Source of the DNA: Coprothermobacterota bacterium
GTDB lineage: Bacteria > Coprothermobacterota > Coprothermobacteria > Coprothermobacterales > Coprothermobacteraceae
NCBI GenBank assembly: GCA_036679065.1
Contig: JAZIGN010000001.1
Span: 236,559 to 300,558 of the forward strand
Length of the DNA: 64,000 nucleotides
Direction: 5' to 3'
Shown: in pieces, positions 19,626 to 28,500 of the stretch
How positions within the stretch are numbered: position 1 is the stretch's first letter
Layout: every line of letters starts with the position of its first letter
Made by a program: the position numbers and the translations under genes
Notes under the pieces: model-generated
The model's input: the letters and a program-made list of their open reading frames with translations, nothing else
The model's database searches: none
What the model was told of the DNA's origin: nothing

Positions 19626-20781
19626 ACGTGTTTTCTTAGTTGTCATTGACAGCTTTGGCGTTGGAGCAGAGCCTGATTGGGCAGAATATGGGGATGACCC
19701 AAGTTTGAACACAGCGCTTCACGTCATCGACGACAGACCTGCTCCGTCTTTTTTGTGGAGCAGAGGACTTGGTTACTTGCTTAAGGAAGAACCAATAAAA
19801 CAGCCCAGCGTTGTGGCAAAACTGCAGGAACTCTCTAAAGGGAAAGACTCTACTACTGGGCACTGGGAAATTGCAGGATTAGTTATGACTACACCTTTTC
19901 CAACCTATCCCCATGGTTTTCCTCCAGAGGTTATGGAGGAATTTGAACGTAGAATTGGCACGAAAACACTGGGAAACTTTCCAGCTTCAGGAACTGAAAT
20001 AATCAGACAATTAGGGGAAGAACATATGCGCACTGGTTATCCCATTGTCTACACTTCGGCAGATTCAGTTTTCCAAATAGCTGCTCACGAAGACGTCATA
20101 CCAGTGGAAGACTTGTATCGGATGTGCGAGATCGCTCGAGAACTTCTTACTGGCGACCATGCCGTTGCAAGGGTCATAGCTAGACCTTTTGCGGGGAAGC
20201 CAGGTGAATTCTACCGTACGCCCAGAAGACGTGATTTTTCTCTTCCTCCGCTGGGGCATACCATACTCGATGAACTTGTGGAGAAGGGAATACCTGTAGT
20301 TGCCGTAGGAAAAATCCATGATCTTTTCGCGGGTAGAGGAATCTCTCAGAGTGTGCACACAGAAAATGACGCTGAGGGAATTAATGCTTTGCAGGAGTTA
20401 TCGAAAACTTTCCAACAGCGAGGACTAGTTTTTGCTAACTTGGTAGATTCTGATATGATTTATGGGCACAGAAGAAACGTAGAAGGCTATTACCAAAACA
20501 TAATGATGATCGATGAAGGACTGAGCTTGCTCTATGATAATCTAACAAACGAAGATTTACTTATCGTTACTGCAGATCATGGTAATGACCCCACATTCCC
20601 TAAGCATACTGACCATACTCGAGAATACGTGCCCTTTATAGCCTGCTCACCGAGTTTTACTGAAAGCTCTTTTCTGGGAACGCTTCGTGGATACGTGCAC
20701 ATAGCACAGACAGTGATTGAAGCATTAGGAGTAGAAAGTGCAAGAAAGTGGGGAAGAACTCTTTTGAAGGAGGATGTATAA
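19600..20781 (+). CDS. deoB: Phosphopentomutase
   Basis: 'DSFGVG', 'GKDSTTGHWE', 'YTSADSV', 'RVIARPF', 'GHRR', 'ADHGNDPT', 'DHTRE'. Confidence 0.95.
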   Translation: MTMKEKVFKRVFLVVIDSFGVGAEPDWAEYGDDPSLNTALHVIDDRPAPSFLWSRGLGYLLKEEPIKQPSVVAKLQELSKGKDSTTGHWEIAGLVMTTPFPTYPHGFPPEVMEEFERRIGTKTLGNFPASGTEIIRQLGEEHMRTGYPIVYTSADSVFQIAAHEDVIPVEDLYRMCEIARELLTGDHAVARVIARPFAGKPGEFYRTPRRRDFSLPPLGHTILDELVEKGIPVVAVGKIHDLFAGRGISQSVHTENDAEGINALQELSKTFQQRGLVFANLVDSDMIYGHRRNVEGYYQNIMMIDEGLSLLYDNLTNEDLLIVTADHGNDPTFPKHTDHTREYVPFIACSPSFTESSFLGTLRGYVHIAQTVIEALGVESARKWGRTLLKEDV

Positions 20782-20783
20782 AA

Positions 20784-21605
20784 GTGGACATCAGAGACAT
20801 GGTGACTGAAACTATTCAATTCTTAGAAAAGAAGATGGACAGACCGGATGTTGCTATAATCATCGGTTCTGGTCTGGGTAACTTAGTTAAGAGAATGGAC
20901 GTTAAAGTTCGAATACCTTACCACGATATACCTCATTTCCCAAAGAGTACCGTGAAAGGTCATGCTGGCGAAATCCTTTCAGGGGTCATAGGTAAGAACA
21001 AGGTTATGGCTTTTAGTGGCAGATTTCACTACTATGAAGGCTACAGCATGGCAGAAGTTACCTACCCTGTCAGGGTAGCAAAACTATTGGGAGCCAAATT
21101 GCTCATTGTAACCAATGCAGCAGGAGGGTTAAACCCTAAGTTCCATGTAGGTGATTTGATGCTCATAACCGACCATATCAACTTCATGGGCGTGAATCCC
21201 TTAATAGGTCCAAATGTGGAAGAATGGGGTCCCCGCTTTGTTGACCTTTATCACGTTTACAGCGAGCAGCACATGAATAAGCTGCGTGAAATAGCAGTCA
21301 GGAAAGGTTTAACTCTGCGTGAGGGTGTGTACTTAGCTGTTTCCGGTCCTACGTACGAAACTCATGCTGAGTTAAAAATGATGCAAGGATTCGGAGCAGA
21401 TGCAGTGGGCATGAGCACAGTTCCAGAATGCATTGTAGCTGCACACATGAGCCTACCCGTATTGGGCGTATCTGTGATAACGGATATGGCTCTCCCATAT
21501 ATCATTCAGGACATAAGTCATGAGATGGTATTAGCGGCGGCGGAAGAAGCCAGTGAAAGATTAAGTGATCTGATTTGGGAATTTCTTCAGGAGGTGACCT
21601 TGTAG
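20784..21605 (+). CDS. punA: Purine nucleoside phosphorylase (trimeric type)
   Basis: 'GSGLG', 'GHAG', 'GRFHYYEG', 'TNAAGG', 'GPTYET', 'VGMSTVPE'. Confidence 0.93.
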   Translation: MDIRDMVTETIQFLEKKMDRPDVAIIIGSGLGNLVKRMDVKVRIPYHDIPHFPKSTVKGHAGEILSGVIGKNKVMAFSGRFHYYEGYSMAEVTYPVRVAKLLGAKLLIVTNAAGGLNPKFHVGDLMLITDHINFMGVNPLIGPNVEEWGPRFVDLYHVYSEQHMNKLREIAVRKGLTLREGVYLAVSGPTYETHAELKMMQGFGADAVGMSTVPECIVAAHMSLPVLGVSVITDMALPYIIQDISHEMVLAAAEEASERLSDLIWEFLQEVTL

Positions 21606-22894
21606 TGTTACCTCAGGAGTTCATAAGAGTAAAGCGAGACGGTGAAAAACATACCAGGGATTCTATGAAAGAATTCTTTTCACAGTACCTCAATGGTAAT
21701 GTAGCTGATTACCAAATTTCAGCTTGGTTAATGGCAGCGTTCTTAAAAGGTTTGGACGATGAAGAAACATTTTGGTTAACTGAGCAAATTGTTAATAGTG
21801 GCGAAAAGCTGGATCTCAGCGACATAGATGGAATAAAAGTGGACAAACACTCTTCTGGCGGTGTGGGTGACAAAGTCTCCTTGGCCATAGTGCCACTTTT
21901 AGCGTCAACGGGCTTAGTAGTTTCTAAAATGAGTGGCCGTGGTTTAGGACACACAGGAGGAACCATCGACAAGCTGGAATCCATTCCTGGGCTGCGAACC
22001 GAGTTCTCTACAGAGGAGTTCAAGGCACTCTTGAGACGTGTGGGTTTAGCCATCGTCTCTCAGTCCGAAAGCCTAGCACCTTTAGATAAGAAGCTCTACA
22101 GTTTGAGAGATGTAACTGCAACTGTGGAATCTTTGCCTTTGATTGCTTCCAGCATAATGTCAAAGAAGATTGCCGTAGGCAGCGACCTGGTAAGTTTGGA
22201 TGTAAAACTAGGTAATGGGGCATTCATAACTAGCCTGGAAGATGCCAAAGAGCTTTGCAGAATCATGATGAGCTTAGCTGAACAATTTGGTAGAAAGGTA
22301 GAAATTCATGTCACCGACATGAATGAACCACTGGGATGCAGTGTTGGCAACTCTCTTGAAGTAATCGAAGCTTTGGAATTCCTAAAAGGCAAGGTAGAAA
22401 ACAGGTTCGCTACACTGGTAAAGGAACTGTACAAAGATACTGTGAACAGTACAGGTGTAGAAGCTCCTGACGTAGATCAACTTATCGCTTCAGGTAAGCC
22501 CTTGGAGAAGTTTGCACAAATGATAGAGGCTCAGAGTGGAGATCCTAAAGTGGTAGAAGATTATTCCTTACTTCCCATGGCCAAAAACGTTCATGAACTC
22601 AGAGCACAGCAGTCAGGCTATTTGGCGTTCGTAGATACAAAGGAAGTGGGCATGGCAGTAGTTGAGCTGGGTGGCGGGCGAAAGAAAAAAGAAGACAACA
22701 TTGATCATGGTGTTGGTATAAAGTTCCTTGTTGAAGGTGGTAGCAAAGTCGATGCTGGTGATATCGTGGCGCTTGTGTATTTCAATAATGAAAATACCCT
22801 AAATAGTGCACTGAAGAGGCTTGAGCATGCTTTTACTATAATGGAGACAGAACCCCAGGAGCGGCCACTTATTTGGTGGAGTAGCTACCAATAA
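21605..22894 (+). CDS. pdp: Pyrimidine-nucleoside/thymidine phosphorylase
   Basis: 'DKHSSGGVGDK', 'KMSGRGLGHTGGTIDKLESIPG', 'SIMSKK'. Confidence 0.93.
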   Translation: MLPQEFIRVKRDGEKHTRDSMKEFFSQYLNGNVADYQISAWLMAAFLKGLDDEETFWLTEQIVNSGEKLDLSDIDGIKVDKHSSGGVGDKVSLAIVPLLASTGLVVSKMSGRGLGHTGGTIDKLESIPGLRTEFSTEEFKALLRRVGLAIVSQSESLAPLDKKLYSLRDVTATVESLPLIASSIMSKKIAVGSDLVSLDVKLGNGAFITSLEDAKELCRIMMSLAEQFGRKVEIHVTDMNEPLGCSVGNSLEVIEALEFLKGKVENRFATLVKELYKDTVNSTGVEAPDVDQLIASGKPLEKFAQMIEAQSGDPKVVEDYSLLPMAKNVHELRAQQSGYLAFVDTKEVGMAVVELGGGRKKKEDNIDHGVGIKFLVEGGSKVDAGDIVALVYFNNENTLNSALKRLEHAFTIMETEPQERPLIWWSSYQ

Positions 22895-22901
22895 TTGAGT
22901 C

Positions 22902-25019
22902 ATGACTATCGTAGTACATAAAGGAGTCGATCTTGACGCTTTCGGTTCTGCTTTAGCACTTGCACATGTGTTCGGTGGAAAAATGTTCTTGCCAGAACCC
23001 AAAAACAGAAATGTTGCTCGTCTTTCACATGCTGTACAAGAATGGGTAACGGATAGCGTTGAGGGTAACGTAATCTTTTGTGACACAGACAGCCTAGGGA
23101 ACTGGAAAGCAGAGTTCATCTTTGATCACCATGGCACAGTATACGGCGCAAACAGCAGTGCGGTAGCCATATGGCTTGAAGACTGCGGATATCTGCAGAA
23201 GATGTCTGAGAATGTTTTGGAACTACTCATGTCAGGCATATATGAAGATACTGGTTTTCTTCGATATCACTCAGCTAAGCCTTGGGACTTTGCAGCGGTA
23301 AGCTCCCTTAGGCGCCTAATGAAAAGGCCCTTCGAGTTGGATATTCACGTGAGTCCGCCTCTTAGTGAGTCACACTTCAAAGCCATGTTCAAAATACTTG
23401 AACGGCAGCATGAGATCAGACTACTGAGCAAGATCATAGATATCTCATATATTTATGAGAAGGAAAGTGAAGGGGAAATTTCTTCAGTGGTACAGCTACT
23501 ACAATCCATGCAGGATATAAATGCTTACGTACTTCTTGTGGGAAGCAAGAATAGGATACTTGGCATATGTCGCAGTGACGAGACCGTGCCACTGTGGGAT
23601 CTCTTGCAAGACCTTAATCCGAGTGGCCACAAGTATGCTTTTGTGTTCAGAAAGAGAGGCAATTTAATAAGCTTTTACGAGACCCTGCCCGATTTGCTTA
23701 GGTCAAAGATGTTAGCTCAAACGTTGGTGACGGAAGTTAGCTTGTCAAAGATGGTTTTGTTGAAACCATGCAGCGTAAAAGAGGCGTTACGTTATTCTCG
23801 CGACTACGGTTTGGCTGTGGTATGTTTACAGGAGGAGCGTGGGCTCTATTTTATAACTAGGCACGACTTAGAAAGATTGGAAAGGTTAGGACTTGGAGAG
23901 AGTGATGTCCTCGGTTTTTCAAGGGTGTTACCATGTTTTGAGGAGCAAGACGATTTGGCAAAGGCTTACCCCGTTCTCAGACAGCGTATTCCTCTAGTTG
24001 TTAAAAAAGATGATGAGTTTTACATTGCAACCACAGATGACTTGTTAAGGCAAGGTGTGGTTCAGTTTTATGAAAACCGCAGTGAAGTTATCAGGGTAGG
24101 AGAAACACTGTATGACCAAATTGGCTCTTTGCTTGAGCATCTTTCGAAAAAAGGGCTAAACGTGTATTTGGTTGGTGGCGCCATCAGAGATTATCTCTTA
24201 GGCAAGACACCTGACGATATTGATTTGTGCTTTGAGGGCGATATCGAAAAAATTTGCTTGGCTTTAGATGAGCTAGGTGTGAACTATGATATGTTCGGTA
24301 AGACCCTATCAGTGAAATGTGAATGGAACGGAACTAAGGTTGAATTCACAAGAGCTCGCAAAGACTTGTACAAGAGCCCTGGGGTGTTAGCAGAAGTAGA
24401 GCCTGCTACCATATTGGAGGATTTGGAGAGAAGAGATTTTACCATAAACGCCATAGCTTTGCAGCTTACACCTGGTGTAAGTATTCTGGACCCATTCCAA
24501 GGATTGGACGATCTAAAAGACAGAGTTATAAGACTTATAAAACCTTGGTCACTCAGAGAGGACCCTTCCAGAGCTTTTAGAGCTATAAACTACAAGAACA
24601 GGTTGAATTTTTCGCTGGATTCTCAGCTCAGACAGGAACTTACGGCGGTCCAGGTGCAAGGCAAACCAGCGCCACGAGTGCTCATGGAACTTCGAAGCTT
24701 GCTTAGATCCTCTCAAGTGTTCGAAAACGTAAGAGATGTCATAAACTTCGATCTTATGAGGTTCTTTGGTAGGTCCTTTGTGCTTGATGAAAGGCTAATG
24801 TCCATGCTTGAGGAACTTCAGCAGGAACAACAAGTACGGACCATGGAAGTTAGAAGGATCTATGAACTGGTCACAGTAATCCTGGGTCTGGGCTTTAAGG
24901 ATAGAGCAGAAAGAGAACGTTTTTTTAGGCTCCTCGGCGGTGCTGGCAGGCTTAAAGCTTTATCTGAAAAGTTGGAAGAGGAAGGGACCATAGGTAATCT
25001 ACTTACGGATCAGCAGTAG
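22902..25019 (+). CDS. tRNA nucleotidyltransferase (CCA- or A-adding) with N-terminal DHH/DHHA1 and degenerate CBS region
   Basis: 'H..VDLDA.GS', 'DHH', 'GIYEDTG'; NTase 'GGAIRD..DDID', 'RRDFTINA', 'EDPSRAFRA'. Confidence 0.85.
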   Translation: MTIVVHKGVDLDAFGSALALAHVFGGKMFLPEPKNRNVARLSHAVQEWVTDSVEGNVIFCDTDSLGNWKAEFIFDHHGTVYGANSSAVAIWLEDCGYLQKMSENVLELLMSGIYEDTGFLRYHSAKPWDFAAVSSLRRLMKRPFELDIHVSPPLSESHFKAMFKILERQHEIRLLSKIIDISYIYEKESEGEISSVVQLLQSMQDINAYVLLVGSKNRILGICRSDETVPLWDLLQDLNPSGHKYAFVFRKRGNLISFYETLPDLLRSKMLAQTLVTEVSLSKMVLLKPCSVKEALRYSRDYGLAVVCLQEERGLYFITRHDLERLERLGLGESDVLGFSRVLPCFEEQDDLAKAYPVLRQRIPLVVKKDDEFYIATTDDLLRQGVVQFYENRSEVIRVGETLYDQIGSLLEHLSKKGLNVYLVGGAIRDYLLGKTPDDIDLCFEGDIEKICLALDELGVNYDMFGKTLSVKCEWNGTKVEFTRARKDLYKSPGVLAEVEPATILEDLERRDFTINAIALQLTPGVSILDPFQGLDDLKDRVIRLIKPWSLREDPSRAFRAINYKNRLNFSLDSQLRQELTAVQVQGKPAPRVLMELRSLLRSSQVFENVRDVINFDLMRFFGRSFVLDERLMSMLEELQQEQQVRTMEVRRIYELVTVILGLGFKDRAERERFFRLLGGAGRLKALSEKLEEEGTIGNLLTDQQ

Positions 25020-25065
25020 CGATAATGAATGTAAACTGTGAAAAAGCTTTGTTGGAGGTGAAAAT

Positions 25066-26046
25066 GTGGCAAATAACGATGTAGTTGTAAGCGGTATAAG
25101 ACCAACCGGTGTACCGCACCTCGGAAATCTACGTGGTGCACTGCAGCAATGGGTTGATCTGCAGGAAAAATATCCGTGTTTTTACTTTATTGCCGATTGG
25201 CATGCGTTGTTCGGTCTTGAAGAACGTAGCAGAGAAATAAAAGAAAATACAAAGAAAGTACTTGCCACACTACTTGCAGTGGGACTTGATCCAGAAAAGA
25301 GCACCATCTTTATTCAATCGCAGGTGCCAGAGCACCTAACGCTTTTTACCATTTTTTCTGCCATAACGCCTGTGGGATGGTTAGAGCGTAATCCTACCTT
25401 AAAGGACATGGTCAGAGCAGAAGAGCCTCTACCTTATGGGTTGTTGGGCTATCCAGTATTGCAGGCTGCAGATATCTTGCTTTACAAAGGTACCATGGTT
25501 CCAGTGGGAAAAGACCAGCAGCCTCACTTAGAGATTTCACGTGAGATCGCAAGGCGGTTCAACAGTCTATTCGGTGTGGAGTTCTTCCCTGAACCTCAGG
25601 CTGTGCTAAATGAGTATCCCGTACTTCCTGGTACAGACGGAAGAAAGATGAGCAAGTCATATTCAAATGTGATCAGCATTGAAGACGACCATGAAACCGT
25701 AAGATTCAAGGTCAGACAAATGATAACAGATCCTCAGAAGATAAGAAAGTCAGATCCCGGTCATCCAGATATTTGCTCAGTATTTCAGTTGGAGAAAGGC
25801 TTTGTGGACAGTGCTTATTCTAAAGACATTTACGATCGTTGTGTTCAGGGGCTTTTGGGATGCGTTGAACACAAGAATATGCTGGCTGACATCATTTGGC
25901 AGTATCTTGAGCCCATACGGGAGAAGTATTTCTACTATTTAGAGCATGAAGAAGAACTCTGGAAAATAGCGTCCTACGGCAACGAAAAAGCTGCGAAGGT
26001 GGCAAAAGAGACCATGAGAGAGGTGCTGGACATTATAGGCTTATGA
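25066..26046 (+). CDS. trpS: Tryptophan--tRNA ligase
   Basis: 'SGIRPTG..HLGN', 'YPVLQAADIL', 'VPVGKDQ..H', KMSKS. Confidence 0.96.
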   Translation: MANNDVVVSGIRPTGVPHLGNLRGALQQWVDLQEKYPCFYFIADWHALFGLEERSREIKENTKKVLATLLAVGLDPEKSTIFIQSQVPEHLTLFTIFSAITPVGWLERNPTLKDMVRAEEPLPYGLLGYPVLQAADILLYKGTMVPVGKDQQPHLEISREIARRFNSLFGVEFFPEPQAVLNEYPVLPGTDGRKMSKSYSNVISIEDDHETVRFKVRQMITDPQKIRKSDPGHPDICSVFQLEKGFVDSAYSKDIYDRCVQGLLGCVEHKNMLADIIWQYLEPIREKYFYYLEHEEELWKIASYGNEKAAKVAKETMREVLDIIGL

Positions 26047-27209
26047 TCATAGCCATAGATGGACTAGCAGGTAGTGGTAAGACTACAGCTGGCAAAGGAT
26101 TAGCCAAAGCCATTGGATTTCGGTTCATCAGTTCTGGGCAGTTATACCGATTCAAGGCTTTAGAGCCTGATGTGGACCTTTTAGAAGCGGTAAAGGAGCA
26201 CAAGCTGAAAATTGAGTGGGACATAGAATGGGAAGGTAAAGACATATCGGCGGAGCTACAGCGAGAAGAGATAGGCAGCAGAGCATCACAAATAGCGTTA
26301 TTGAGAGAGGTTAGGGATGAAGTAAACAACGTACTAAGGTTTGTAGCCGAAGGCGGGAACTATGTCATAGAAGGCAGAGACATAGGCACAGTAGTATTTC
26401 CCGAAGCTGGAGTGAAGTTTTTCCTAACAGCAGAAGAAAGGGTTAGGGCGAGGCGTAGAGCAGAGCAAGTAGGAGAAGAAGTAAACATAGCAGAGAGGGA
26501 CGAAAGGGACAAGAAGAGGGAGATAGCGCCAGCCAAGGCAGCTGAAGATGCCATAATCATTGATAACAGTTATCAGAGTGTAGAAGAGACCATAAAGGAG
26601 ATGGAGGGGCGCTTACCTAAGGACGAATTCGACTTTCAACGTTTTTTGCAATACGTACTAGGTCCACCGGTAAGAGGGCTATTTCGTATAGAGGTAGTAA
26701 AAAGTCATCCTTTGAAGTATGGTCGCTGGATACTCACACCTAATCATGTTAGTGGGTGGGATCCTATCTGCTTAGCAGCAAAAGTACCTCGGCCTTTGCA
26801 TTTCATGGCGAAAGCCGAGCTCAAGCGCTCCTTAGGACCTCTTCTTTCGCTATTGGATATAAGCCCCATTGCTAGGAACAAACCTGACGTTAGAGCCATA
26901 AGAACTGTTCGGCATTTTTTATACGGCGAAAAGCTGGTGGTTATGTACCCTGAAGGTCATCGCCACCGAGACGGAACTGTGGGCGAGTTTAGGAATGGAG
27001 CTTTCTACTTCGTTCGCAAGAAAATGGCACCCGTGATTCCCGTTGTCATTAAAGGGTTGGAAAACCTCAGTTTCAATACCTTTTGGAACCGCCATGTAAG
27101 AATAGCTTTCTTGGATCCCATTTACCCCGTGGATGTAATCGGCATGAAAGAAGAGGAAATAGCCAGAATGGTGCGCGAACAGATTTCGGAGTGCTACAAC
27201 AGCTTATGA
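26043..27209 (+). CDS. cmk: Cytidylate kinase - lysophospholipid acyltransferase fusion, copy 1 (PlsC tail type A)
   Basis: 'IDGLAGSGKTT', 'EGRDIGTVVFP', 'RDERD'; acyltransferase NHxxxxD ('NHVSGWD'), 'YPEGHR', 'PVIP'. Confidence 0.9.
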   Translation: MIIAIDGLAGSGKTTAGKGLAKAIGFRFISSGQLYRFKALEPDVDLLEAVKEHKLKIEWDIEWEGKDISAELQREEIGSRASQIALLREVRDEVNNVLRFVAEGGNYVIEGRDIGTVVFPEAGVKFFLTAEERVRARRRAEQVGEEVNIAERDERDKKREIAPAKAAEDAIIIDNSYQSVEETIKEMEGRLPKDEFDFQRFLQYVLGPPVRGLFRIEVVKSHPLKYGRWILTPNHVSGWDPICLAAKVPRPLHFMAKAELKRSLGPLLSLLDISPIARNKPDVRAIRTVRHFLYGEKLVVMYPEGHRHRDGTVGEFRNGAFYFVRKKMAPVIPVVIKGLENLSFNTFWNRHVRIAFLDPIYPVDVIGMKEEEIARMVREQISECYNSL

Positions 27210-27463
27210 TCATAGCCATAGACGGACTAGCAGGTAGTGGGAAGACCACAGCTGGCAAAGGGTTAGCCAAAGCCATTGGATTTCGGTTCATCAGTTCTGG
27301 GCAGTTATACCGATTCAAGGCTTTAGAGCCTGATGTGGACCTTTTAGAAGCGGTAAAGGAGCAACTAGAAAAATTGATGGAACAGACTGGATGTGAAATA
27401 GATAAGATTAATGAATTGGCATCTGAGAAAATCTATGGCATTGTGTTTGTTGAAGAGGGGTAA
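27206..27463 (+). pseudogene. cmk: Truncated cmk (copy 2): first ~52 codons fused in frame to an unrelated foreign C-terminus
   Basis: Matches cmk up to '...LLEAVKE' (27363), then continues 'QLEKLMEQTGCEIDK...VEEG*'. Confidence 0.85.
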
Positions 27464-27467
27464 ATGG

Positions 27468-27476
27468 TGGTATAAT
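27468..27476 (+). promoter_or_regulatory. Extended -10 promoter candidate inside the foreign segment
   Basis: TGgTATAAT upstream of GGAGG and ATG 27535. Confidence 0.6.
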
Positions 27477-27534
27477 CCTATTATTGATAGATAGTAATAA
27501 CAAGCGATTTTTTGAAAAAACGGAGGCGATTAAG

Positions 27535-27735
27535 ATGAAGTTTGGAATGAGAACACCGAGTATAAAGAAATCAATAAAGGCAAGAACAACAGGAAAAGCC
27601 AAGCGAGCTGTTAAGAAAGCTTTAATTCCAGGGTACGGAAAGAAAGGTGCAGGATGGATTAAGAATCCAAAGAAAGCAGCTTACAATAAGGTTTATAAGA
27701 AGACGAGCTTTGGCATTATGGATTTATTTAAGTAA
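27535..27735 (+). CDS. 66-aa highly basic conserved hypothetical protein
   Basis: RBS GGAGG; MKFGMRTPSIKKSIKARTTG...GYGKKG.GWIKNPKKAAYNKVY; 17 Lys + 3 Arg, one acidic residue. Confidence 0.8.
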   Translation: MKFGMRTPSIKKSIKARTTGKAKRAVKKALIPGYGKKGAGWIKNPKKAAYNKVYKKTSFGIMDLFK

Positions 27736-27754
27736 CTATCAGGAGGATTACATC

Positions 27755-27847
27755 ATGGAACGAGTAGTACAATTTTTAAAAGAAGCAGAGACATATTATT
27801 TGGCAACAGTAGAAGGCGACCAGCCAAGGCAGCTGAAGATGCCATAA
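27755..27847 (+). pseudogene. 5' fragment of a pyridoxamine 5'-phosphate oxidase-like (NimC/NimA-type) gene
   Basis: RBS AGGAGG; 'MERVVQFLKEAETYYLATVEGDQPR' is the typical family N-terminus; cut at the junction with cmk DNA. Confidence 0.75.
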
Positions 27848-27891
27848 TCATTGATAACAGTTATCAGAGTGTAGAAGAGACCATAAAGGAG

Positions 27892-28500
27892 ATGGAGGGG
27901 CGCTTACCTAAGGACGAATTCGACTTTCAACGTTTTTTGCAATACGTACTAGGTCCACCGGTAAGAGGGCTATTTCGTATAGAGGTAGTAAAAAGTCATC
28001 CTTTGAAGTATGGTCGCTGGATACTCACACCTAATCATGTTAGTGGGTGGGATCCTATCTGCTTAGCAGCAAAAGTACCTCGGCCTTTGCATTTCATGGC
28101 GAAAGCCGAGCTCAAGCGCTCCTTAGGACCTCTTCTTTCGCTATTGGATATAAGCCCCATTGCTAGGAACAAACCTGACGTTAGAGCCATAAGAACTGTT
28201 CGGCATTTTTTATACGGCGAAAAGCTGGTGGTTATGTACCCTGAAGGTCATCGCCACCGAGACGGAACTGTGGGCGAGTTTAGGAATGGAGCTTTCTACT
28301 TCGTTCGCAAGAAAATGGCACCCGTGATTCCCGTTGTCATTAAAGGGTTGGAAAACCTCAGTTTCAATACCTTTTGGAACCGCCATGTAAGAATAGCTTT
28401 CTTGGATCCCATTTACCCCGTGGATGTAATCGGCATGAAAGAAGAGGAAATAGCCAGAATGGTGCGCGAACAGATTTCGGAGTGCTACAACAGCTTATGA
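27892..28500 (+). CDS. plsC: Stand-alone PlsC type A domain left from disrupted copy 2 (expression uncertain)
   Basis: Identical to the C-terminal 202 aa of copy 1; AAGGAG abuts the ATG, so RBS spacing is poor. Confidence 0.55.
   Translation: MEGRLPKDEFDFQRFLQYVLGPPVRGLFRIEVVKSHPLKYGRWILTPNHVSGWDPICLAAKVPRPLHFMAKAELKRSLGPLLSLLDISPIARNKPDVRAIRTVRHFLYGEKLVVMYPEGHRHRDGTVGEFRNGAFYFVRKKMAPVIPVVIKGLENLSFNTFWNRHVRIAFLDPIYPVDVIGMKEEEIARMVREQISECYNSL

Larger units (their letters stand above)
27364..27819 (+). other. 456-bp foreign AT-rich segment replacing 328 bp of cmk copy 2
   Basis: About 35% GC by hand count; net +128 bp matches the unit spacing (1291 vs 1163); no terminal inverted repeats or target duplication seen. 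Confidence 0.88.

Noticed and set aside
28374..28496. 41-aa N-terminal extension of cmk copy 3 (also 27083-27205 for copy 2)
   Set aside because: Alternative frame of the upstream plsC end; the true start is the ATGA overlap, as in copy 1
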